Assembly (NCBI GenBank): GCA_002863085.1
Contig: PKDT01000008.1
Coordinates: 1 to 55,858, forward strand
Reading direction: 5' to 3'
From: Flavobacteriales bacterium
GTDB taxonomy: Bacteria; Bacteroidota; Bacteroidia; Flavobacteriales; TMED113
DNA length: 55,858 bases
The notes below the pieces were generated by a model. That model had not been told where the DNA came from. It made no database searches and was given only the letters and a program-made list of their open reading frames with translations. Positions 33,146 to 41,335 of the stretch are shown piece by piece (positions within the stretch are counted from its first letter, which is position 1; each line of letters starts with the position of its first letter). Both the position numbers and the translations under genes were made by a program.

Positions 33146-33787
33146 ATGATTGATAATTTTCGTCACAAGGGTATGAGAAGAAAATTGGTTGATTATCTTA
33201 CCGACAAAAAAGATATTACCAATGAGCTTGTTTTAAATGCTATTAAAAATGTTCCAAGACATTTATTTTTAGACTCCTCCTTTTTAGAGTTTGCTTACCA
33301 AGACAAGGCTTTTCCGATTGGCGATAGCCAAACAATTTCTAGTGTATATACAGTTGCTTTTCAAACAGAGCTTTTGAATGTGAAAAAAAACGATAAAATT
33401 TTAGAAATAGGAACAGGCTCTGGATACCAAACAGCAGTTCTATGCGAAATGGGCGCTAAAGTTTTTTCAATTGAAAGACATATGAACTTGTATAAAAAAG
33501 CTAAAGGTTTACTAAAAAAACTTAATTATTTTCCAAAACTAAAGCATGGAGATGGATATCTTGGAATTAAAGAAGACTCTCCGTTTGACAAAATTCTTGT
33601 TACATGCGGTGCCACAGAACTACCTCCAGAGCTTATTAATCAACTAAAAATAGGTGGGTTTATTGTCATACCAATAGGTCATGAGGAACAAATGATGACA
33701 GTAATTGTAAAGCATGCTGACGGTATCTTAAAAAAAATAGAGTATGAAAACTTTAAATTTGTTCCATTTCTCAGAAACAAAAAATAA
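33146..33787 (+). CDS. pcm: Protein-L-isoaspartate O-methyltransferase
   Basis: VPRHLF, AYQD, QTIS, LEIGTGSGYQTAVL, GDG, PFDKI. Confidence 0.97.
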   Translation: MIDNFRHKGMRRKLVDYLTDKKDITNELVLNAIKNVPRHLFLDSSFLEFAYQDKAFPIGDSQTISSVYTVAFQTELLNVKKNDKILEIGTGSGYQTAVLCEMGAKVFSIERHMNLYKKAKGLLKKLNYFPKLKHGDGYLGIKEDSPFDKILVTCGATELPPELINQLKIGGFIVIPIGHEEQMMTVIVKHADGILKKIEYENFKFVPFLRNKK

Positions 33788-33879
33788 CTGAGGTGAACGA
33801 TGTTTACTTATTAATCTTTTTAACATTTGTTTGTTTATAAAACAGTGATTTTTTTTTTACCATTTAAAAAAACCCAATA

Positions 33880-33887
33880 TATATTTG
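33880..33887 (+). promoter_or_regulatory. -7 promoter element upstream of the first small outer-membrane protein
   Basis: TATATTTG ending about 30 nt before the ATG at 33917. Confidence 0.55.
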
Positions 33888-33916
33888 TGCCATTAATAAT
33901 TTAAAATTATTTAATT

Positions 33917-34324
33917 ATGAAAAATTTAATTATTGTTTTCGCACTTATGTTTAGTGCAGTAACGTTTGGTCAGATGTCGTTCGCGATCAATGATTTAAAC
34001 GTAAATCGTCCAATGGATAGTAAAGCTAACATTGGTTACTTTATGTCTGATGACATCATGGTGTCATTAGGTATGGATAACTGGGATGACTTTACAGTTG
34101 GCGCAAGATATTATACAGGTTTCTGTGATAATATGTTTATTCAAGCTAATACTTTCTCTGCAGCTAATGCTGATTCAGGTGAAAGAGAGTATTACGTTAG
34201 CGCTGCTGCTGGATGGACTAAAGCTCTAGGCATTTGGAAATTACAATTCGAGCCTATGATTGTTTTAGATAACATTGAAGATTTTAACCCAAAATTAGCT
34301 TGGGGTCTTAGATTTAATCTATAA
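33917..34324 (+). CDS. Small outer-membrane beta-barrel protein (paralog 1)
   Basis: Sec signal peptide ending TFG-Q, alternating aromatic strands (GYF, GARYY), C-terminal LAWGLRFNL. Confidence 0.7.
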   Translation: MKNLIIVFALMFSAVTFGQMSFAINDLNVNRPMDSKANIGYFMSDDIMVSLGMDNWDDFTVGARYYTGFCDNMFIQANTFSAANADSGEREYYVSAAAGWTKALGIWKLQFEPMIVLDNIEDFNPKLAWGLRFNL

Positions 34325-34342
34325 TAATCAAATTTGTTAGAG

Positions 34343-34371
34343 AAAAGGGGAGTTTGCTCCCCTTTTTTTTT
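34343..34371 (+). terminator. Rho-independent terminator
   Basis: AAAAGGGGAG-TTTG-CTCCCC followed by a run of 9 T. Confidence 0.9.
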
Positions 34372-34490
34372 ACATTAAATTTTCATACTTACCAGTCTAT
34401 TAACAATCTATTGTTTGTATGTATTTTAAAACAAATGTTAAATCTTTTGAATATTTTTCGAATTTTAATAAAACTTTAAATTAACATACT

Positions 34491-34991
34491 ATGAAAAAAA
34501 TAAATTTATCTCTATTCGTTTTTGCGATCAGTTTAGTTTCATTTGCTCAAGAACAAGGACAGTGGTCTTTTGGTGCAGGTGGTGATTTTACTGCTCCAGA
34601 CGCTAATGCTAACATTGGTTATTTTGCTACTGATGGATTATTATTGAGTTTTGATTTTGAAATGGGCATGGACTACAAAGAGGAGCATATTCATGAAAAT
34701 GGAGAAACACACAAAGAAAGAGTTGAAGGAGACTTTACGTGGGGAGGTTCTTTGAGATACTATGCCAAAGATAACATGTTTGTTGAAGGAGGTTTAAAAA
34801 TGGGAGATGGGTATGATGATCCTGACACTTACTTAGCCGGTGGTGTTTCATTAAAGCTTGGATTTGATGACAAATTATGGTTTGAACCGATGATAAAGTA
34901 TACTATGCCAGGTGCAGAAATTAGCACAGAAGGGAATAATGAATCTCAGTCTAAACTTGGTCTTGCTTGGGCATTTAGATACACATTTTAG
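34491..34991 (+). CDS. Small outer-membrane beta-barrel protein (paralog 2) with a His-rich loop
   Basis: Signal peptide ending SFA-Q, ANIGYF, LRYY, WFEPM, C-terminal AFRYTF (beta-signal-like). Confidence 0.72.
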   Translation: MKKINLSLFVFAISLVSFAQEQGQWSFGAGGDFTAPDANANIGYFATDGLLLSFDFEMGMDYKEEHIHENGETHKERVEGDFTWGGSLRYYAKDNMFVEGGLKMGDGYDDPDTYLAGGVSLKLGFDDKLWFEPMIKYTMPGAEISTEGNNESQSKLGLAWAFRYTF

Positions 34992-35075
34992 TCATTTGAC
35001 TTTGTAATCTAAATAATTAATTTTTAAGTTTTTGAGCAACTTAAAACTCTATAATTTGCGTAAAAATATTTATTA

Positions 35076-35696
35076 ATGAAGCTAATATTATTTAAACTAG
35101 TATTTTTTATTCACTTATTCAGTTCGTCTCAGTCCATGCACTCAAAATATGGTGAAAGTATTTTGCCTGAAAAGGGAGATTGGTCCATAAGTATGTCGAT
35201 TCATCCTGTAATAAATTACATAACAGATGTTTTTAACGGTTTAAATAACGATTTCTCAACACCTACATTTGGAGATGATTTATATTTTCATATACGTAAT
35301 TTTTCGTCAGAAAAAAAAGCACATAGATATACTATAGGTGCAAATTTTGATACTTCATCAGAAACATGGAGTTTTGGACTTGGTTATGGCCTAGAAAATA
35401 GAAAGGGTGATACCAGGCTCCAGGGAAAATGGGGATATTATGGATTTATTGGAATTGGGGAAAAAATTAATAGTGGGGAGTGGATATCAATTCCCACAAT
35501 AACTTATGATGATGGATACAACATGCATATTATATCATCTTTATTCATAGGTTGTGAATATTTTTTCATGCCAAAGGTTTCACTTGGTGCTGAGTACCAT
35601 TATGGTGCAATTATGCATGTGACAGACGGAGAAACTACATTTAATATTGGAAATAACTCTAACAATACACTTGTAAAGATGAATTTTTACTTTTAA
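35076..35696 (+). CDS. Outer-membrane beta-barrel protein
   Basis: Signal peptide, LPEKGDW, G.E.R.G.TRLQG, F.G.EYF..PK.SLGAEY, C-terminal MNFYF. Confidence 0.7.
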   Translation: MKLILFKLVFFIHLFSSSQSMHSKYGESILPEKGDWSISMSIHPVINYITDVFNGLNNDFSTPTFGDDLYFHIRNFSSEKKAHRYTIGANFDTSSETWSFGLGYGLENRKGDTRLQGKWGYYGFIGIGEKINSGEWISIPTITYDDGYNMHIISSLFIGCEYFFMPKVSLGAEYHYGAIMHVTDGETTFNIGNNSNNTLVKMNFYF

Positions 35697-36187
35697 TCGC
35701 TACTCATCTTTTTAAAATTGGGAGAATTAATTTCTCCCTTTTTTTTTCTAGCAATTTCCATTTTTGCATCTCTTTTTTTGATAGCTTGTCTTTTGTCAAA
35801 TAATTTTTTTCCTTTACCTATTCCCAACTCAAGTTTGGCAAAACCTTTTTCATTAATTACTAACTTTGTTGGAACTAGTGACATACCTTTTTCGTTGATA
35901 TCCTTCTTTATCTTTTTAATTTCAACTTGGTTAAGTAATAGTTTTCTATCTCTTCTTGCAACGTACTCAGGATCTTGACAAAATTTGTAGCGTGTAATGT
36001 CAATATTTTTTATCCATATCTCATCATTTTTTACCAGACAGTAGGATTCATTTATATTCACATTTCCAATTCTAATTGATTTTATTTCAGCACCCTTTAA
36101 CTGAATTCCAGCAACAAATTTTCCGCTAATCAGGTATGAGAAATATGCTTTTTTGTTATTACAAATAATTTTAAATCTGTTTTTCAT
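35693..36187 (-). CDS. smpB: SsrA-binding protein
   Basis: NKKA...Y, AGIQL.G.EIKSIR, RDRKLLL, KGKK.FDKR. Confidence 0.97.
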   Translation of the reverse strand: MKNRFKIICNNKKAYFSYLISGKFVAGIQLKGAEIKSIRIGNVNINESYCLVKNDEIWIKNIDITRYKFCQDPEYVARRDRKLLLNQVEIKKIKKDINEKGMSLVPTKLVINEKGFAKLELGIGKGKKLFDKRQAIKKRDAKMEIARKKKGEINSPNFKKMSSD

Positions 36188-36192
36188 ATAAA

Positions 36193-37050
36193 TTATCCCA
36201 ATGAAACATCTAATATCATCATAACTATAAAGCCAAAAATCAATCCTAACGTAGCAATGTCAGTATTTCCACCACTTTGACTTTCAGGAATAACTTCTTC
36301 AACAACTATAAAAATCATCGCACCTGCAGCAAATGCAAGTGCGTAAGGCAAAATAGGGTAAATTAATAAAACTATTGCTGCTCCAATTACAGCAAAAATG
36401 GGTTCAACAATTGCAGAGAGTTGTCCCCATTTCCATGATTGGAATTTACTTAGACCTTGTCTTCTTAGTGGCATAGAGACCGCGAACCCCTCAGGTGCAT
36501 TTTGTATGCCCATACCTATCGCAAGTGCAATTGCACTGCCGATTTCGATGCCTATATCCATTCCTGAAGCTATGGCGCCGAATGCCACTCCAACCGCTAG
36601 ACCTTCTGGAATATTATGTAGAGCTATTGCTAAAACTAAAAGTTCGGTTTTCCTGAGATTGGTCTTTGGTCCTTCGGCTTTTTCTACTGGGTTGAACAGA
36701 TGAAGGTGAGGAATTTTTTTATCAAGATAATATAAAAAGATTGCCCCTAAAAAAAACCCGGTAGCTGGAGCGAACCAAATTGGTAATGTAGTAATTCCAA
36801 GTTCCTTTTGTATCTCAACAGCTTTAATCGCTGGTGATAGAAGTGACCAAAAGCTTGCTGCAATCATCACTCCGCCAGTAAAACCTAAGCACATGTCAAG
36901 CACTTTTCTATTCGCTGATTTAAAAAAAAATACCAATGACGCTCCAATAGCTGTTAGTATCCATGTGAATAATCCACCAACAAATGCTTGTAGAACAGGA
37001 TTTTCGAGTTCAATAAAAAAACCCTTAAGACTCACGATTATTCCTTCCAT
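36193..37050 (-). CDS. ZIP (ZupT/GufA) family metal transporter
   Basis: GVMIAASFWSLL, PHLH, LHNIPEGLAVGV, IQNAPEG, VEP, FAAGAM. Confidence 0.95.
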   Translation of the reverse strand: MEGIIVSLKGFFIELENPVLQAFVGGLFTWILTAIGASLVFFFKSANRKVLDMCLGFTGGVMIAASFWSLLSPAIKAVEIQKELGITTLPIWFAPATGFFLGAIFLYYLDKKIPHLHLFNPVEKAEGPKTNLRKTELLVLAIALHNIPEGLAVGVAFGAIASGMDIGIEIGSAIALAIGMGIQNAPEGFAVSMPLRRQGLSKFQSWKWGQLSAIVEPIFAVIGAAIVLLIYPILPYALAFAAGAMIFIVVEEVIPESQSGGNTDIATLGLIFGFIVMMILDVSLG

Positions 37051-37253
37051 TCAACTTTTTTTTATATTTTTATTAATATAATTTACTTCAAATTATTTAT
37101 AATTTATGTATTATCTATTTTATTTTCTATCCATTCTAAATAAATTATTTCTTCCAAATTTATATAAACGAAAAATGGTTAATTATAAAAAACACCACTT
37201 TCTAGTTCTGGGATTCAAATACTGGGTAACAAAAAATCTTCTTTATTTTAAAA

Positions 37254-38231
37254 ATGAACAAAATTTTAAAGACTGAACTAACAAAAATATTAAATATTGA
37301 CTATCCAATAATTCAAGCACCCATGTTTCTTGTTTCAAACACAAAAATGGCAATTGAGGCAGCAAATTCAGGTATTACGGGATGTATCCCGGCCTTAAAT
37401 TACAGGAGTTTAAATGAACTTGAGGCTTCTATCATGGAATTTAAAGCCCAGTCTAATGGTCCAATCGGAATAAATTTAATTGTAAATAAATTCAATGATA
37501 AAAAAAATGAACAACTCAAGGTTTGTATTAAATCAGGTGTTGATTATATAATTACTTCTCTAGGGAATCCCAAGTCCACAATTCAAGCGTGTAAGCCACG
37601 AGGGATAAAAGTTTTTTGTGATGTTACGAATTTAGAATATGCTAGAAAGGTAGAGTCACTTGGTGCAGACGCTATAATTGCTGTAAATAACAAGGCTGGT
37701 GGTCACTTGGGCGATTTATCCCCTGAAAAACTTATTCCCGAACTAGTTAATAAGTGTAATATCCCAGTAATTTCGGCAGGTGGTGTTTCAAATGGAAAAG
37801 ACATGGTCAAGATGCTAAGTTTAGGAGCTTGTGGGGTATCCATTGGTACACCTTTTATTGCTACTCACGAGGCTGATATCTCCAATGATTATAAGCAAGC
37901 AATTGTTGATTACACTGCTAATGATATTGTAGTTACGGATAGAATTAGTGGCTCTAAATGCACAATAATTAATACACCATATGTAAAAAAATTAAATCTC
38001 AAAGCCAACAGATTTGAAAGGTTTTTATTTAGTAATAAATATTTAAAAAAATATTTTAAAGCTTTTAGATGGTTTCAGGGTACAAAAATGTTCAAAAAAT
38101 CTGCTAAAAATGTTACATATAAAACTGTGTGGTGCGCTGGTCCGTCTCTTGATGGCGTTCACTCAATTAGACATGTTTCAGAGGTTGTATCAGACTTTTT
38201 AAATCCTATTATGATCGAGGGTGATAATTAA
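37254..38231 (+). CDS. Nitronate monooxygenase/FabK-like FMN oxidoreductase
   Basis: YPIIQAPM, AGGHLG, PVISAGG, GT.FIAT.E, VWCAG. Confidence 0.9.
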   Translation: MNKILKTELTKILNIDYPIIQAPMFLVSNTKMAIEAANSGITGCIPALNYRSLNELEASIMEFKAQSNGPIGINLIVNKFNDKKNEQLKVCIKSGVDYIITSLGNPKSTIQACKPRGIKVFCDVTNLEYARKVESLGADAIIAVNNKAGGHLGDLSPEKLIPELVNKCNIPVISAGGVSNGKDMVKMLSLGACGVSIGTPFIATHEADISNDYKQAIVDYTANDIVVTDRISGSKCTIINTPYVKKLNLKANRFERFLFSNKYLKKYFKAFRWFQGTKMFKKSAKNVTYKTVWCAGPSLDGVHSIRHVSEVVSDFLNPIMIEGDN

Positions 38232-39096
38232 GTATTTCCTCTCTTAAAAATCTTTTACTTAAATGAGTATAAATTTCTGTAGTTGTGATATTTGAGTGAC
38301 CCAGCATTTCTTGAACAACTCTTAAGTCTGCACCACCTTCTACCAAATGCGTAGCAAAAGAGTGTCTAAATGAATGGGGGCTTATGTTTTTTTTTAGACC
38401 TGAAAGACTTGCATATTTTTTAACAATATTAAATATCATAACCCTTGAAAGCTTGTTACTATTAGCAGAAAGAAACAAAATATCAGAATTATCTTTTTTA
38501 GTATCCTTTTTAGATCTGAAATACATTAAGTAATTTTTTAAATACTTTTTGAGGGTATTACTAAGTGGAACAATTCTTTGTTTGTTGCCTTTACCCATAA
38601 TTTTTATTATGTTATCATCAAAATTTATGTCAGATATTTTTAGCGATATAAGCTCAGAAACTCTCAAACCGCACGAGTATAAACACTCAATAATTGTTCT
38701 ATCTCTCTCGGAATTTTTTTTACTTAAATCTATGGAATGTATAATTTTATCAATCTCTTCTACAGAAAGAATTTCAGGAATATTCGAACCTATTTTTGGA
38801 GACTTGATATGTTTACATGGATGTAATGATATCTTGTTTTCAAATATTAAAAAATTAAAAAAACCTCTTATACTTGATAACATTCGGGCTTGACTTTTGG
38901 GACTAATTTTTATTTCATTTATTTTATTCAAGAAGTTGGTTATATGTTCACGTCTAATTTTAGTTGGTTCAACTTTTTTATTATACGCTATGAATTTCTT
39001 TAAATCTCTTGTGTAAGATTCTACACTATTTTCTGAAAGATTTCTTTCAAGTAATATGTAGTTTCTATATTTTTCAATGCACCTATCCCAACTCAT
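38209..39096 (-). CDS. xerD: Tyrosine recombinase XerD
   Basis: LYSCGLRVSEL, GKGNKQR, SPHSFRHSFATHL..GGADLR.VQEMLGH, TTEIYTH; divergent from aroQ. Confidence 0.92.
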   Translation of the reverse strand: MSWDRCIEKYRNYILLERNLSENSVESYTRDLKKFIAYNKKVEPTKIRREHITNFLNKINEIKISPKSQARMLSSIRGFFNFLIFENKISLHPCKHIKSPKIGSNIPEILSVEEIDKIIHSIDLSKKNSERDRTIIECLYSCGLRVSELISLKISDINFDDNIIKIMGKGNKQRIVPLSNTLKKYLKNYLMYFRSKKDTKKDNSDILFLSANSNKLSRVMIFNIVKKYASLSGLKKNISPHSFRHSFATHLVEGGADLRVVQEMLGHSNITTTEIYTHLSKRFLREEILNYHPRS

Positions 39097-39100
39097 TTAA

Positions 39101-39108
39101 TATATTTG
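39101..39108 (+). promoter_or_regulatory. -7 promoter element for aroQ
   Basis: TATATTTG 18 nt upstream of the ATG. Confidence 0.5.
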
Positions 39109-39126
39109 TGATTTTAAATAAAAATA

Positions 39127-39543
39127 ATGAAAGTAATTATCATTAATGGTCCTAATCTTAATTTATTAGAAAAAAGAAACATTAAACAATATGGTGGTAA
39201 ATCCTTTGATGATTTTTTTAAGGGAATTAAGAGTAAATATAAAAATATAGATTTGTCGTACTTTCAATCTAATATTGAAGGTGAGCTCATAGATAAATTA
39301 CAAATAGTTGGTTTTACTCATGACTACATAATATTTAATCCTGGTGGATACACTCACTATTCTGTAGCTATTTCTGACTGTGTTAGTTTAATATCGACAC
39401 CTGTTATTGAAGTTCACATTTCAAATATTTATTCAAGGGAAGATTTTAGAAAAAAATCCTTGATTTCCAAACATTGTATTGGTTGTATTGTAGGATTTGG
39501 ATTAAGTGGTTATGAAATGGCCATAGACAATATAATTCAATAA
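39127..39543 (+). CDS. aroQ: Type II 3-dehydroquinate dehydratase
   Basis: NGPNLNLL, QSNIEG, NPGGYTHYS, EVHISN..RE.FR. Confidence 0.97.
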   Translation: MKVIIINGPNLNLLEKRNIKQYGGKSFDDFFKGIKSKYKNIDLSYFQSNIEGELIDKLQIVGFTHDYIIFNPGGYTHYSVAISDCVSLISTPVIEVHISNIYSREDFRKKSLISKHCIGCIVGFGLSGYEMAIDNIIQ

Positions 39544-39547
39544 TATT

Positions 39548-39578
39548 TTTGTTAAAAATGTATTTAAATATATATTTG
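39548..39578 (+). promoter_or_regulatory. Bacteroidota promoter for tRNA-Asp
   Basis: TTTG (39548-39551), 19-nt spacer, TATATTTG (39571-39578). Confidence 0.8.
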
Positions 39579-39591
39579 CATTCATGATAAC

Positions 39592-39665
39592 GGTCTGGTA
39601 GTTCAGTTGGTTAGAATACCTGCCTGTCACGCAGGGGGTCGCGGGTTCGAGTCCCGTCCAGACCG
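39592..39665 (+). tRNA. tRNA-Asp (GTC), CCA not encoded
   Basis: Acceptor stem GGTCTGG/CCAGACC, D-arm GTTCAGTTGGTTAGAAT, anticodon arm CCTGC-CTGTCAC-GCAGG, T-arm GTTCGAG. Confidence 0.98.
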
Positions 39666-39701
39666 CATCATTTTAAAAAGTTCAACTTACCAATTTTTTT
39701 T

Positions 39702-39881
39702 ATGAAATTTTTATCACTTAGCTGGCTCAAAGAATGGAAACAAATTTATTCTGAGGGAGGATTGAAACTATTAATTTCAAAAAAAGGTTGGTTGGTAGCC
39801 ATAGCATTGTTCATGTTTTTTTTGACAAAAGGTTTGATTTGGCTTATCATTCTTTATTTAACAGCTAAGGGACTATTATAA
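39702..39881 (+). CDS. Small single-pass membrane protein (59 aa, not in the ORF track)
   Basis: MKFLSLSWLKEWKQIYSEGGLKLLISKKGWLVAIALFMFFLTKGLIWLIILYLTAKGLL; amphipathic N-terminus followed by a hydrophobic segment with FFLxKGLxW. Confidence 0.7.
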   Translation: MKFLSLSWLKEWKQIYSEGGLKLLISKKGWLVAIALFMFFLTKGLIWLIILYLTAKGLL

Positions 39882-39983
39882 CTTATCCAATCATATTTAA
39901 CTCAGCGTATTTATTTCGTTTAATCCCATTCAAAATAACATTTTTTTGTATTATCTAGGAATGAAATGAGTTCTATTTATGTG

Positions 39984-41264
39984 TTAGAACAATAGACAAA
40001 TAAGAACTATTATGCAATAAATAGCTTGAAGTCCTATTGTTTTCCAGTTTGAGTCAACTAATGATCTGCTTTCATAGTTTTTTAAAATATTTCTAAATAT
40101 ATATAGCCCAAAAAGTAGACAAAATACAGTAGGGATCAACAGATAGACATTATTTAGCTTATTGTACATATAAAATGAGCTGCTCACAGCAAGTATTAAG
40201 AAAAATAAATAAATCCAAGAACTTATTTTTTTTCCGAATGTAACTACAAGGTGATTTTTTCCAGTCATGGCATCACTTTTCATATCAGGGAACTCATTTA
40301 TTAAAAGAATATTTGTTGTTAGAATTCCCATTGGAATACCTATTAACATACAATTCACAAAATGTTCACTATTAGCAAAGTCACCATTAAAAATGGCAAA
40401 CCCAGTTCCTAATGTGAGTAGTGGACCAAAAGATAAAAATATTGACAGCTCACCCAAACCTCTTCTTGCAACCAGCCTTAACGGTCTTGCAGTGTAAAAA
40501 TAACCCAGTAGTAGACCAGATAGTAAAATTTGTAATACATACTTACTGTTCAAAGGATTAACATTTAAGAAAATATATGCCCCGATTGCTAGTGCGATTA
40601 ATGTGAGAATAACCGCTAGCTTAAAAGTGCCATTGAGAGAAATTAATCCTAATTCTATGGCTCTACTTCCACCAGAAATTTGTTGAAAATATTCAGTATT
40701 GGCGTCGTCAGTTCCATCTTTGTAATCAAAATAATCATTGAAGACATTAATAGCTAAATGAGCAATTAATATACCAAAAAATGTAAGAACGAACAGTGGA
40801 ATACTAAACAGACCATCTCCAACACCAGCAAAGTATGCTCCTACGGCACCTATTGGTAGAAGAGAAGCTGATGTGAACGGCATCCTTGTAATTGCAAGTC
40901 CTTTGATTAGTTTGGTTGAAAATTTGATTGGAACATCAACCTCTTTGTCAATGACCTCAGTTACACCACAATAACCTGTTTGTGGATTATCTTTTCCATT
41001 TCTAAATGTTGGTGTAATTCTAATTTTGGCATTTATTTTTTCACCTTTTTTATTCAAAAAATATGTTTCACCTTTGTATTCACCGTCCTTGACAGCAGTT
41101 TCAAGCCATCCTCCAACATTTTGAAGAACAATTTCACCAGGAGAAAATAGAGAAACTCTTTTTTTCCCTATGAGCTCTTCTTTTTTATAGCCAAATATTT
41201 TTTCTGCACCTTCATTCATTGTCTCAATAACACCTTCCATATCACATGTAATTGTACTTCTCAT
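39984..41264 (-). CDS. menA: PAS domain fused to a MenA/UbiA-family prenyltransferase
   Basis: aa 1-105 are PAS-like (D.EG.I...N.GAEKIFGY..EELIGK...K.GE); then NVFNDYFDYKDGTD, GGSR, YT..P, GLGE, NEFPD..SD...GK..L and multiple TM helices. Confidence 0.85.
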   Translation of the reverse strand: MRSTITCDMEGVIETMNEGAEKIFGYKKEELIGKKRVSLFSPGEIVLQNVGGWLETAVKDGEYKGETYFLNKKGEKINAKIRITPTFRNGKDNPQTGYCGVTEVIDKEVDVPIKFSTKLIKGLAITRMPFTSASLLPIGAVGAYFAGVGDGLFSIPLFVLTFFGILIAHLAINVFNDYFDYKDGTDDANTEYFQQISGGSRAIELGLISLNGTFKLAVILTLIALAIGAYIFLNVNPLNSKYVLQILLSGLLLGYFYTARPLRLVARRGLGELSIFLSFGPLLTLGTGFAIFNGDFANSEHFVNCMLIGIPMGILTTNILLINEFPDMKSDAMTGKNHLVVTFGKKISSWIYLFFLILAVSSSFYMYNKLNNVYLLIPTVFCLLFGLYIFRNILKNYESRSLVDSNWKTIGLQAIYCIIVLICLLF

Positions 41265-41335
41265 ATGTTTTAATTTATCGGTTTCTGTATTTTTTAATTA
41301 TATTTATCTCTATTAGATAAAATTTCTTCTAAATT

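Noticed and set aside
35022-35046. Inverted repeat TTTTAAGTT-N7-AACTTAAAA between barrels 2 and 3
   Set aside because: The stem is almost all A/T with no U-tract, too weak to call a terminator or operator.
37120-37145. Possible Fur/Zur site upstream of the ZIP transporter
   Set aside because: Only a half-site (ATTCTAAAT) matches, in very AT-rich DNA.
38209-39665. Tyrosine recombinase near a tRNA as an integrative element
   Set aside because: The protein looks like housekeeping XerD in its usual divergent arrangement with aroQ. I found no duplicated tRNA 3' end (att site) and no phage or ICE genes.
40950-41264. PAS domain as a LOV blue-light sensor
   Set aside because: It lacks the GxNCRFLQ flavin-adduct motif.
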